DNA of 64,000 nt from Cyanophora paradoxa CCMP329 (Eukaryota; Plantae; Glaucophyta), in NCBI GenBank assembly GCA_004431415.1, contig QPMI01000675.1, positions 47,541-111,540 of the forward strand, written 5' to 3'. The notes beneath the pieces were generated by a model. That model did no database searches, was not told the origin of the DNA, and saw nothing but the letters and a program-made list of their open reading frames with translations. Both the position numbers and the translations under genes were made by a program. This document shows, piece by piece, positions 1-13,000 of this stretch (its first letter is position 1; every line of letters starts with the position of its first letter).

Positions 1-794
1 GCTCAGCTGAGCGAGGGCCTCGGGGCGCGGGGCGCGCGGGCCGGCGCCCACCCCTCCTTCACGACAGGCGCCCACGCCGCCCTGCGAAGAGCGGACGTGA
101 GCGGGCGCTCGCTTCTGGGAGAGCGGGTGCAAGGGGCTCACTTCCCGTCCGACGGCACGAGGAGCAGGTCGATGAGGTCCTGCGGATGGCGTCATACGCG
201 CACTCGGAGCGCGCTCGAAGGGAGGGCCGACCAGCATGCGCGGGGGGCGGATCTGCCGAAGGAAGCGTTAGCTCCGATCTAGAAGCGGCACGAGGCAGCG
301 CTCACGCTGAAACCGAGGCCGCTGATCGCGCGGAGGGTCTGCAGCAAGACGCAGCGCACGGCCTGCTTGTCCTCTTCGGGCAGGCACGCATACGAGACCT
401 GGAGAAGATTGTCAGCACGCTCCCAAGGCCTCTGGCGCCGCGAACGCACCTCGGGCGAGCCCGCCTGCCGCCGGGTGCATCCAGACCGCGCGCGGGCCAC
501 GACCCAGCTGTCGTGGAGCGCGCTCGACAAGATGTCGATCGTATCGACAGGTAGAATCGCTGGGTCGCGCCCCCTGTGGGCGATCGTCTTGCCCCCGCGG
601 TAGCCGCCGCCGCCGCCGAAGATCGACTGTGTGACGGCCCACGCGACCGCGCCAACCGCGACGACGCCGACGCCTGCGACTACGGGGAGCGGGAGCGGGA
701 TCGCCTTCAGCAGGCCGACGAGCGGGTTCTCGCCGGCGCTCTCCTGCCGCTTGCTGCTGCTCGCCTCGACCTGCTGCGGCGCGTTTCGCGACAT
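1..794 (-). CDS. Membrane-anchored protein with a RyR (ryanodine-receptor repeat)-like domain; spliced, 3' end probably outside the window
   Basis: ATG at 794, then a hydrophobic helix (VVAGVGVVAVGAVAWAVT). Removing an in-frame GT-AG intron (399-449) gives IDILSSALHDSWVVAR...VSYACLPEEDKQAVRCVLLQTLRAISGLGFSI, which resembles the RyR repeat pattern LAxxxHDxW...VPYxxLPExEKxxxR...TLKxI..G..I. Confidence 0.5.
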
Positions 795-1063
795 GCTGGG
801 CGAAGCTCAAGTTTCCTTAGCTAAAGCGTATGTACGTGGGCCGGGTATTGTGGCACTGGGGAGGGTACAGAAGCTCTCACCCCTCATCGCCAAGCCGGCG
901 CCCAGGGGCCAGGACACCTTTGCAAAGTCGTCCGAGCTTCCGAACCCGACCAGCGCGCATTCGCGACGGGAGCTCGTGGCATTGCCGAAGCGCTCGGCAC
1001 CTATAGCTAGCGGCGAGCGCGCACAGGCGCAGCAGCTCTAGTACACTTCAGAGCGTCTAGTAC

Positions 1064-3260
1064 ATGTCGACTTGGGTGCAGCCGCAGCCGCCCCAGCCCG
1101 CGAACGAGGCGCCGCCGCCACTTGCAGCCCATGCGCCCGGCATGACATCCGCCGCGTGCGCCGCCGCCCGCCGCAGCGTGCTGTGCCTCTGTCGTAGATT
1201 TAAAGGCATAGATCGCGCGTCGTTCTCGCGTGCCTGCACCCCGACGCCTCCACGTGCGCATGCACAGGTACGCGGCCGCGGAACGAATGCGGCGCCTCGC
1301 ACTCCTCTCGGACGGGGTCGACCTGAGCTTCATCAACCCCGATCTGGAGGAGACGCTCATGGGCCTCTTTCTGGAAGCGCGAACGAGGCTGCAGGAGGGC
1401 GCCGGCGCCGCGGAGGTGGAGGCCCTCGCCGCGGCGCCGCTCGCGCAGGCGATCGCCCTCATCCGCGAGGAGCGCGAGGCGCACCACGTCGTCCAGTGCG
1501 CTCCTTCGTCTATCCCTGAGCCCGCGCCCCGCGCTCACGCCGCGGCAGATACCTGATGGCGCGCCGCGCGCCTAGGCCTCCCGGATCCCATGCCACAGCC
1601 TGCAGCTGCAGCTGGCTTCCGCTGACGCGCCCCGTCGCGCGCGCAGCACGTGCGGCTGGTGTACGAGCGCGCGGTGAGCGCCACGGGCGACAGGGCGGCC
1701 GAGCTCGTCCTCTCGCGCGTCCGTCCGCCGCTCCTGCGGCGCCTGCAGGAGCTCCTCAACCCCGAGGTGCCGCCGTACCCCCCAGAACACCCTCGCCATC
1801 GGTTGAACACCGTGCCCCCGTCAGCTGCTGTCCCTGGACGACGCCCTCCGCGCGATGGTGCGGATCAGCCCCTTCCGCAAGTCCGGCGCCCCCGAAATGC
1901 GAGCCGTACCCCCCTCCTCCCCCCCCCTTCCCTATCCCCGCTCTGCGGCTGAGGCGGTGCCCCCGCAGCGCGGCTGCGGCGCGGTGCCTCGGGGAGGTCC
2001 TCGCGCCGGCCTCGGAGCATGTGCCGCCCCGCCCCTCCCCCGCCCCTGCCGTCCCCTAGGCCTCGAGGCGAGGGGGCGGCAGGGGGCGGCGCTGGCGCTG
2101 CTGCCGCTCTCGACGGAGGACGCGCGCGCCGTCGCCTCGTTCCTGAAGGCCGCCCTCGACGCCGCCGCCATGGACCCCGCCCCCGCCGTCCTCTGGCGCC
2201 GCGCCGCCCTCGCCCTCGCCCGCCAGCGCGCCGACGCCGAGCGGGCCGCCAAGGGCGCCGCCAGGGACCCAGCGAAGAAGAAGGAGGGCGGCCGCGAGAT
2301 TCGCGCCAAGCGGGACCGGTGAGAGCTCTCCAAGGCCGCCCCCTCGCTTCGCTCTTGAGGGGGGGCGGGGGCGGGGCCAGGTTCCTGCGGGCGGCGAGCG
2401 GGCGGCGGCTCTCGCCGTACGAGTCGCGCATCGTTAAGGCCCTCGCAGCCGTCTTCCCCGAGGAGGTGCGGGGGGCGGGGCCCGGGGCGGCCATCTTTCT
2501 CGCCGGCTCGACGGCCCGGCCCTCGTGACTCGGGCGCCGCTCCCGCCGGGGCCCCCGCAGATCGCCCTCGCGATCGTCTCGTTCCTCTGCCGGCACCCCT
2601 GCGGTCCGCCCCTGCCCGCCTCGGGTCTCCTCCGGCCCGCCCGCCCGCCCGCGCGGCTCTGATGTCGGCCCCGCCCATGCCAGCCCTGACATCCATCGAC
2701 ACGTGCTGGTGCGCCCTGCCGCCGCTCCCCTCTCTGTCTCCGGCCCTCCCCTGGCCCTCCCTCACTCCCCGCGCCCCGCGCAGCGTCTGCGCCGACCTCC
2801 GCAAGTACGCCGCCACCTACGAGAAGTGCGCCGTACCCCCGGCCCGGCCGCCCCGCGCCCGTACCCCTTACGGTCCCCGGGCCGGGGATACAGGTACGTG
2901 GACGGCGTCGGCTTCGTGGAGACCGCCTCCCGGTCGGGTGCGGGCCCCTGTACCCCCGCACTGGGCCTGTACCCCCCATGGCCAGAAGCTCACGCCTTCT
3001 GCGACCTCGCAGAGTTCTACTGCCCGCCGTGCCGGTCCCGCATGGGTGCGCGGCCCGGCGCGGCGCGGCGCGCTCGCCCCGGCCCTGCTCCGATGCGAAG
3101 CGCTGAAGCGCTGATGCGGGGGGCGGGGGCTAGAGGAGGGGGACGGGGAGGGGGAGGGCCACGCGCGGCACAACTTCCACCTCGTCGCCTCCCTCGACGA
3201 GGACGAGGGGGCCCCGGGGGGGGAGGGCCCTCCGGGGCTCATGTTCAGCGAATCATGATC
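1064..3260 (+). CDS. Multi-exon hypothetical protein (helical N-terminal part, Cys-containing C-terminal part)
   Basis: Protein-like exon segments (YAAAERMRRLALLSDG..., RLVYERAVSATGDR..., EDARAVASFLKAALD..., ADLRKYAATYEKYVDGVGFVE..., HNFHLVASLDEDE) separated by short GT..GCAG introns. No family recognised; start and stop uncertain. Confidence 0.45.
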
Positions 3261-3691
3261 GTGATTTGCAAATCAAATGCATATGCTCGCATACTTTAAG
3301 AGACGGGTGTGGGGGAGGAGGGCCCCCATGCGCCAGCAATCGGCAGAAAGGCTCGGGTTTGTTTCAAGTTCAATGTTCAAATTTGGCAGCTGAGCATGCA
3401 TGTCGAACTTTAATTTGGAAAGCATTATCATGATCATCATGATCATCCACACGTACATAATTACAAATAACCGTATACGTAGTAACTGCAGCTGCACATG
3501 TTATTCTCCTGATCATGATCGATATCAGTCTCGAGCTCGCGGTCGAGAACTCGGGCCTCGTGCCAGCTGCAGAGTCCCGTGAAGTTTCAGGGGCCCGGCC
3601 CCCAGTTTAATTTTGTGCACGAGGAAACATGCTTTAATTTGCAATTGCAGCCGTATACAAAACCGTATACAATTCGAAGAAATTGTGACGT

Positions 3692-3927
3692 AGTGCAAGC
3701 AGCTAATCGTGGGACTTTCTGGAATCTATGGTGCAAGCAGCTAATCGTCGTGGGGGGACCATGGAATCTACTCTAATACATCTAAATCTACTATACAGGC
3801 TAGAGAGAAACTCTGAGATCGAAGCTACAGGGTATTGCCACGGGATCTTGCGCATGCCATATCATGCATGGGACTTCCTGGAATCTGCTCTAATACATCT
3901 AAACCTGTTAGCTATAGGCTAGAGAGA
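3692..3927. repeat. Short imperfect direct repeats in an AT-richer intergenic region
   Basis: gtgcaagcagctaatcgt occurs at ~3693 and ~3732; ggaatct(a/g)ctctaatacatctaaa...aggctagagaga occurs at ~3763 and ~3880. Confidence 0.6.
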
Positions 3928-4025
3928 TCGAAATAATCACGAATAAATTCGGAAGCAGGCCCGAGGGCCCTCGACATAATCTATGCAGCTGCGGGCCTAA
4001 TCCTGACGCTCGTCGACGCTGGCTG

Positions 4026-7000
4026 TCAGAGCTGGACGACGCAGAGGTCCCCGCGGGGGTCGGGGTCGCGGTCGTCGACGCCCAGGCCCAGGCTCGGCAC
4101 GGAGCGCTGCCGCCCGCCCCTTTCCGCCTCCGCCTCCGACGCCGACCGCGCCGCCTTCGACGCCGGCGCCGCGAAGACCGACTCGTGCCCATGGCGGGCG
4201 GGGAGGGCGAGCGCCCTGTCGCCCCTGCCCCCCGGGGCGGCGAAGACGTTGGGCGCCTCGCCGGAGCGCGAGCGCGAGCTCGAGCTCGAGCTCGAGGCCG
4301 TCTCCTCCACAGAGCCGATCCGCCACAGGCGCCCCACGCCCCGCCGCCCCTCCGCCCCTCCGTCCGCGGGCCGCGGCGGCCGCTCCCCCTCGGGCCCGGG
4401 CCCCTCGCCGGCCGCGCCCGCGAGCTCGAGGACGTCCCCGTCCGTCTCCTCCGCCCGGATCCCGAACTTGCGCTGCCCCGCGCGCGCGGTCAGGCCATCT
4501 CAGAGACTCGGATCTAGAGGTGCCCTCTTTTTTTCCTTCAATCTTTCGGTTGAAACTAAAGCTCAGGCTTCTCGAGGGGCTCGAGATCGCGCACGCGGAG
4601 GAGGCGCCGGACGAAGAGGTAGGCGAGGAGGGCCTGCCCGGCGGCGCCCAGGGCGGCCCCCGCCAGGCTCGCCGCGTTCGCCAGGGCGTCCAGCGGCGTG
4701 GAGCGCAGCTTGCGGTCCACCAGCACGTACACCTGAGGGGAGGCGGGGGAGTCACATCAGATCGAATCGAATCGGAGCGAGGCGAATTAGATGGGAGGGC
4801 GCCTCGGCGACGCGGAAGGAGGCGGCGACGGCGACGGACTCGTCGGAGCACTCGGGGGCCCCCAGGGGCCGGCTCGGCGAGCAGAGCGCCTGCATGCAGC
4901 CGGCGAGCCGGTGAGAGGAGGGCGAGGGGGGGAGCTCGAGGCGGGGCGGGGCGGGGGCGGACGAAGGTGTCGAGGCCGCGCTCGGCGGGGGCGGCCTCGG
5001 CGAGGGAGAGGGCCGCGAAGTAGCGCGGCCGCCCCTGCGCGGGCGTTGGGCGAGAAGGGCGAGGGCGGGGGCGGGGGCGGGAGCGGGGCTCGATCGCGAG
5101 GCGCGCACGTCGTCGTTGTCGGTGAAGTGCATGGGGGTGAGGGCCACGGGGAGGGGCACGGGCGCGGCGCCCCGGAAGACCCTGCGCCCCCGAGCTCAGC
5201 CGGCCCGACGTGGGGGCGGGGCGGGGCGGTGCGGTGCGGGGCGGGGCGCGCGTGTCCTCGCGGGTCGTCTGCACGAAGCCCTGCGCCGTCACGAACTCGG
5301 GGACCTGCCGGCGGCCGTGAGGCACGCGGACCGCGAACCGCCGATGCCCGTGGGCTCGTGCGCCCAATATTCACTATGAGAAACGGGCGGGATTGATATT
5401 CGGGGGTACCTTGATGGTGTAGAGGATAGAGACGGCAAAGGCGAGGCGGGAGGAGAGGCGGAGGGTAACCCCGGCCCCCGCCGCCGACGCGATGCGGCAC
5501 CCCTCGCACGTCCACGTCACGCTGCCGGGGGCCGCGGGTCGGCGTCGGTCAGTCGCTCACGAGTCCGAGCGGCGCGGGGTTGGCGCTCGCTCGCTCGCGC
5601 ACTTGCAGGAGGCGCCGGCGTCGAAGGGGGAGGTGGAGAGGGCCTGGCGGCCGGAGAAGCCCGAGGGGGCGAACGACGCGTCCAGCTCCGCCCTGCGAAC
5701 GCCTCGTATGAGGGCGGGGCCGGCGGGGCAAGGGGGGGCCGCGAGGGGGGGCTGATCATGGGGTACCGGCAGGGCCCGCGGTAGCCGCGGAAGGTGGCGG
5801 AGAAGGCGAAGGAGCCTGCGATGGAGGCCGCCGAGGGCGAGACCCCGGGGTTCAGGCTGCACGCCCCGCACCACCAGGTCAGAAGCGGTGCGCACGCTCG
5901 ATAAAAGGCGATCGCGCGGGGCGATCGGTATCTATCTATCTTATTTCGCAAGGGACCGGGCGGGGGCGGGACCGGGGCCGGGGGCGGGCCTCTGGACGAT
6001 GGAGTAGTTGGCGACGGCGAACTGGACGGCGACGAAGGCGAGGGCGACGCCGACCGCGACGGCCCCCAGCAGCGTGAACACCGCCCCCGACACCGTCCGG
6101 TTCGACGGAGGCGGCGGTGCCGCCTCGTCCGTTGGCGCGCCGCCGCCGGCATCGGCGCCTGCGCCTGCGCCCCTCTTCGGCTCTGGACCTGGGGCGCCCG
6201 CGCCGCTTGGGCTGGAAGGCTTCGCCTCCGAGCTGCCCTGGCCGGGTCCCTCGTCCCCCTCGAACTCCTCTGCGCGGCCGTCAGCGCTCGGGCCGGGCCG
6301 GGCCGGGGCGGGGCGGGCGGGCCGCGGAAGAGGAGGTGGAGGCGCTGGACGCGGCGGTAGCGGGCGGCGCGGGCGGCGGGCCCGGGGGCGGGGAGGACGC
6401 GCAGGTAGAGGAAGGCGGCGAGGCCCGCCAGCGCCGTCGCACCCACCGCCCCCGCCCCGATCACACCGAAGAGCTGCGGTCCCCGGCCCCTGAGCCGGCC
6501 CTTCCGGTGGAGCCGGCGGGGGGGAATGCTGACCCTGTTGGTTCGGTCGAGGGTCTCCTCCTCGGTGCGGACGACGGGCTGGCTCACGCTGCCGGCGTTG
6601 GCGCCGTACTCGAAGGGCGCCTCGGCGAGCTCCACGTCCTCCTCGTCGTAGTCCAGCGCCCCGCGCCGCCGCCCCCGCCGGCTTCGAGACCGGGCCCGGC
6701 GGGAAGCTGGGGATCCGGAGGACGGGGGCGGCGCGGCGCGGAGGGCGGCGGAGGAGAGGTCCAGCGAGTAGGGCTCCGAGGTGGCCACGGGGCAGAGGGT
6801 GCGGGGCGGGCACGCCAGGCACACCGCGCTCCCGTTCGCCGCCGCGTACGTCCCCAGCGGGCTGCGATAAACTATGAGCCGCGTAGAATCGAGGCCTGTC
6901 GTGATCGAGAGACCGCGGACCAGGGTGTGCAGGCGGGCATGGAGGCGTTGCGGAAGGAGCCGGCGGGGCAGGCGGCGCAGGCGAGGCCGTCGTCGGAGAC

Positions 7001-10000
7001 GTGGCCGGCCTCGCACGCGGCGCAGGCGGCGGCGCCCGGGCCCGAGACCTCGTTCGCCCCGCAGGGCTCGCACGCCAGCGCCCCCTCCGGCATCCGCGTC
7101 CCCTGCGCACGCACGCCGCTCAGATCTAGAATCGAAGCGGGGCGGGGCGGGGCAGAGGCAGGCTCGCGCATGGGTCGGGTCGCACCGCGGGGCACGGGAC
7201 GCACTCCCGCCGCGCGTCGTCTGCGCGCCGGCCCGCCGGGCAGACCTGCGCCGGGTACATGTCAATCGGATCAGGTCCGCCCCGGCGACGGCCGCGGGTT
7301 GCAATCGGGGCGACGGGGGGGTACGGGCTGGGCCGACCTGGCACTGGGAGAGGCCCGGGAGGGGCGCCACCGCGTTGGGTGCGCACGGGAGGCAGGAGAG
7401 GGCGTCGGGGCCGGGCACAGAGCCCGCCGGGCACTCTGCGCGGGACGATCCTTAGCGCTTTCATTTGAAGAATGCGATGTATGAATGAAACATCAATGTC
7501 CCGGCGATACGTATTGCGCTCGGATCTCGCAGCGCACCTCTGCAGCTGACTTCCTCCTCGCTCGCCACTTCGCCGGGCGGGCTGCGGACGTGCACGGGGG
7601 TGAGCCCCCGCGTCCCCTCCTCTTCCCGTGCGGGCGGGGGAGGGGGCGGGGCGGGGCGGGGCGGGGGCGGGGCGCGCCAGCGGCTGCAGGCGGAGGAGCC
7701 GAAGTCGGGGGCGACGGTCCCCGGGGGGCACCCCTAGCACGCCGCCATCGCCCCCTCCCGGTACTGGCCCTGCGCCCCGCCCCGAAGAATCAGCCCCGGC
7801 CGCCGGCCGAGACCTCGGCGCGCGCGAACTGCGCACCGGGCGGCAGGGCACGCAGCTGCGGCGGTCGGAGGACGCCACGTACCCCGCCTCGCAGTCCGCG
7901 CAGTCCCCGCCCCGCCCCGGCAGGTCGGAGAACGTGTTCGCGGGGCACTGCGGGGCACGGACAGTTAGCCTTGTGCTTCTAGGCGCGAGAATAACCGATG
8001 TCAATCGGAGGTGTAGAGCTCCAGCGCGCCTTCTCGCAGGTGGAGGAGCCGTTGGGCATGTGAGACCCCGCGTCGCAGAGGACGCAGCGCGTGCTGGCGA
8101 TTGCGAGGCGAGGGGTGAGCGGCCGCGGAGGTCCAGAGCTCGAGGGAATGTTTTGATGAGCCGCGCGGGGGGGCGGGGCGGACCTGTCGGCGGAGGCGTA
8201 GGAGCCGAGGGCGCACCGCAGGCACGCGCGGAAGGTCCGCTCGGGGGCGTACTCCCCCTGCGCCCCCCTCGCGCTCAGCGCTTGCCCGCCTCCGATCCGG
8301 CGGCGGCGCGGGGCGCACGGGCTTGCAGGGGAAGCAGCTGTTCTGGCCCTCGCCGTGGAAGGTGCCGGCGGGGCAGGCCACGCACCGCGTTCGGTCGTCG
8401 TTCGAGACCGTCCCCTGCGCATGCCGCCCCGCCCGCGGGCGCTCGAGCTTAAGTCGCAACGCTGATTATGAGATCGCGGGCAGGCGGCCGCACCGGCTCG
8501 CATTTGGTACACACGACGTCCCCGGGGGAGGAGACGCTCCCCGCAGGGCACTGCGAAGAATTCGAAGCACGCGAGGTTACTAGGTTAGGAGGTGGGTGCG
8601 AACGGCGGGAAAGTTAAATTTAAGATCAAGAGAAATTAACAATCGACTCTGATTTTGGGGCGGCCGCGGGGCGCACGGGGACGCAGAAGGTTGCGTTCTC
8701 GTAGAGGCCGGGGGGGCAGGGGACGCAGGCGGTGCGGTCCTCGTTGCTCGTCGTCCCGCGCGGGCAGCGCGGGCACGCCTCGTGCGCCCCCATCCCGCTG
8801 AACGTCCCCTGCGCAAGCGCGCGCGCCGAATCGAAGATGTTCGTTAGCAATGCTCCTAAGGACACGCGAGAGCCTCCGGCTGGCGCACGAGGGGGCAGGG
8901 CCAGCAGCGCCCGTCGCGCTCGACGAAGCCCTGCTCGCGGGAGAGAACCCCGGGTCAGAGCGGGAGGAGGGGCGACCAGGGGGGTGCCCGGGCGCGCCGC
9001 GCTGCAGGGGCGGCACTGCGCGCGGTCGTCGGAGCTCTCCGTGCCCCGCGGGCTGCGAGAGGCGCGTCGGGCCGGCCTGCTTCGCAGAGCGCGCGATAAT
9101 ATTATAAGCTGAGCGAGGTTCTTATATTACCAAGGCGTGCAGAATGATGCGCCGGCCGCGGGAGTGTAAAACCTGCGTGCAGCGTACGCTGTGAGATGGC
9201 GATTGAGCTGCGCGTGAAAATTCGACGGCAAACCGGAAAGGGCACTGCCTGCAGCTCGTCTCGTTCGCGGCCCGGGCCACGCCGACCGCACGGCTGCCGA
9301 CCAAGGCCGCGCCGACCGCGCGGCCTGCACTGCCCTGGGCGCACGGCTGCCGACCGAAACGTGAGAGCGTCAAGGTGAGAATCTAGAGCGGATCGGGCCG
9401 GCGCGCGCGGGCTGCTGCGGCGGCGCACGTCGCAGTTCTGGCGGTCGAGGGAGGCGACGGTGCCGGGGCCGCAGGGCGTGCAGGCGGTCGCCCCCGCCGT
9501 CGGCGTCACCGCGTTCACGGGACAGTCGACGCAGACGCCCCCGCTCTCGTACCGCCCGGCGGGGCACGCCTCGCACCCCGTCCGGTCCCCCGTCGACACT
9601 CTGCGCGGCGGTACCGGTACCCGCGATCAGCTCGCGGTCGCAATCGGGGCCCCGGCTGCGCCTGGCGCTTCCATCGACATGGAGCGCGCCGGCCGGGCTG
9701 GCACGGGTTGCAGGCCGCCGCGCCGCCCGTGCTGTACGTGCCTGCACGCGACCGTTCCGCGGGAATTCGAAGCTCAAACAAGACGAAACAGAAGGCGACG
9801 CTCACCGACGGGGCAAGTCTCGCAGTCGCTCATGTTTCGCGCCCGGTACTGGCCCGGGAGGCAGCTAGAGGGAATTCGAAGGACGCAATGACAATAAGAA
9901 TACGGCGGGAAACAGGCGAATGCGCTCACGCTTGACAGCTCTGCTTGTCGGCGCTCGCATAGTATCCGCCATCGCTGATGATTATGATCAAATTCAATAT

Positions 10001-13000
10001 ATCTACACATGCTCGAGATCTAGATCGCGAGCGGGCAGCAGCAGCGGCCGCTCACCACTCGATGCAGACGCGGGAGGCCTCGACGGGGTTGTACGTGTTC
10101 CCGACGCACGCCCTGCAGACCAGGCTCTCCTCGAAGTTGCCCTTTCCGCAGGGGCGGCACTCCGAGCGGTCCGCGTTCGGCACCTCCCCCGCGGCGCACA
10201 CCTGAGGCGCCGGCAAACATCAATACCGATGGCTCGTCGCCGAAGCATGAGACTAAATATGCGAATTCGGAACCGACCCTGTAGGAGCTGCTACCGATGG
10301 GGGCGACAGCGCCGAGCGGGACAGACTGGCACCAGGACATGCTGCCATTGCGGTACGTCCCTGCGCAATTGCCGACGTGAGCCGCCGTATCCGTCCGCTC
10401 GCCGCTTTCAAGAAATTGCGTCCGAGCGAAAATTAAAGGGCACGGACCAGAGGAGCAAGCGACGCAGGACTGCTCGTCAGTTGCGGGGACCGTCCCGTTT
10501 TCGCAGGGCTCGCACGCGGCCATCCCCTCCAAGGGGGCGACGGACATTGACGGGCACCTGGCCATAGACCGCCAAGGCGAAAAGTGGATCGTCGGCCGGG
10601 GCCGAGCAGCCGCATGCGCATCGCTGGGCCGCATCGCACCGGACGCAGGAGTCGCCCCTCTGGTACGACCCGGCGGGGCACGCCCTGCAGAAGGCGAGGT
10701 CCGGGGAGGGGACCCAGCCGCCCGCGCAGACCGTGAAGTTCGCGCTGCCCGCCGCCGCCGCCGCCCGCGAGGGCACCGTTTCGCAGTAGGCCATGGCCCC
10801 GGCCCTGTACGTCCCGGGCGGGCACGCTGCCGCAGGAAGCGAGAGATCAGCACTAGCCCGCCCCGCCCCGGTTTATTCGTGCACGCAAGATATCGATGCT
10901 CCGCATTCAAATTCGAGCGCGTCGATAAGGGGACTTAAGGAAGTTTGCTTACGTATGCAGTTTGATTGATCGGCCGAGCTCACTTGCCCCGCCGGGCAAG
11001 CGGTGCAAGAAGCAAGACCCGAAGAGTTAGCGACTGTGTTGATTGGGCACCTGAACGGGGAAAAAGACTGCTTAAGTACTTGACCATCGCTCATCTTCGC
11101 CGCGGCGCGAAACCGATGAAGCAATTCACCGTGTGCATTCGCTCATGTTCGACGTTCGATAGTAGCCCGCAGCACTGCGTCGATCGATCAGACTGGATTT
11201 ATGCGCACAACGTCGACGCGGAATCCAATAATGGGCCGCAAATGCGAACCAAGCAATGCACGATTGGCGATCTTCAAGGCTCGTCCACCCTGATTCGAAT
11301 TCTCGCCCGATTACAACTTGGAGATCGAACCTTGGACGAGCAGCTGCAGCGCACCTTCGGGGCAGGCGGTGCAGGACCCGAACTCGCCCGCGCGCGAGTA
11401 CGTCTGACTCGGGCACGTCCGGCAGGCGGTTCGATTCCCGGGCTGGAAGGTCCCCGCGGGGCTGCGGACATGCACAGCAAAACCAATCAATGAGCCGTTC
11501 GATTTGCGCATACACGCCGCAATTCGAATATCCGGACCAAGGCTCGCAGGTCGAAGCGTCCGCGGTGGGCACCAGACCGGGGCCGCCTGAAACGTTTTGT
11601 CACGAGAGATGAACCAATCATGTCTAATTTCCGACTGTGCGTCGATCAAAGCTCACATGGGAGGCAAGAGCCGAGCGCTCCGCGCCCGGAGTACGAGAAG
11701 GCCGGACACGGGAGGCACACTGCAGCGCCTGCGTAGGGCAGGTACGTCCCGGGCCTGCCAATCGCGAGGTGAAATTAACGTGAATCGACCGCAATTTCGA
11801 AGAACAAGGAGTGAAGGGTTGTGTTCAAAGTAGCTGGGCGCACGAGCACGTGAGGCACGCGGACGTCCACTTTGAAGTCTGCGTGAACGCGTTCTCGGCG
11901 CACGGCTTGCAGGCCGTCCCCGGGGCGTCCGAGTACGTGTTCTGCGGGCAGTCTGGAGACCATGGACATGGCCATGCAAGGAATTAGTTCGTTTCATCGG
12001 TTTGCACACGTGAATTTCGTGCGCCCACCGTAGCAGGAAGAGGCGCCGGCGGTGGAGTAGGTGCCAGCGGGGCAGATGGAGGGGGCCGTGGCCCCGCCCG
12101 CCGAGAAGGTGCCGGCCTCGCACACGCTCGCCTCGGCGGTGCTGATCAGGCCCGTCCTGTTCGAGTAGAGCCCGGGCGGGAGCGGGAGGCAGTTCTCCCC
12201 CGCGACCGTCCCGCCGGTCGACGCCGCGTTGAAGGTCTGCGCACGCGCGATCAAGGTCCGATTTCGAGGTTCGGCACAATTGTAGGAAATTGTGAGCCGC
12301 GCACAGTGCCGGGGGGGCACTCCGTGTAGACCTTAACGATGAACGCGGGCTGAGGTCGCGCGCGAAATTAAACCGCAAGCGCAACGACGGACAAGGAAGC
12401 TGCAATTGCGACCGCGTGCGCAGCGGACCTCGCGGGCGTAGAAGGCGATGAAAGGCGCCTCGACGAAGGGCCGGGAGCCCGTGTTCGCGGGGTCGTCGTT
12501 GAACCACGCCCGCGCGCTGAAGTCTCCCAGCACGTGCGCCCCGCTGCCACCCCCAGCCCGGCGCCGGCGTCGGCGGCGCGCGCAGCGATCGTGGACAGCG
12601 GAGATCGGGGAGCGCACGCGATGCCCTGCGCGAAGGACGGAATGACGGTGCGGAAGGGACCCGAGAACGTGGCGCTGTCCGCGTTGTCGATCTGTGCGGT
12701 TGCGATTTAGCTGTGCAATTCAACGCTGAAGCTTGCTGCACGGGAGCGATTACCTTGATGAGGTGCGTTGACTTCGAGCGGCAGACGACCTTTCGGAGGC
12801 GGGTTGAGAGCATCCAAACCTGCCCGCCCTGGCCATCCGTGCGGCCGAAAGGGAACGCGAGCGTGTTGCCCGTCGTGTGGAACTCGCGGACGACAAAGAG
12901 GGATCCGCTCTTGTAGGCGGCGGCGGGGACCGAGTACCAGCCGCCGTCCACCGAGGGGGACCAGCCTTCGGGCTGGAGGCGGATGCGCCCGCTCTCGACG

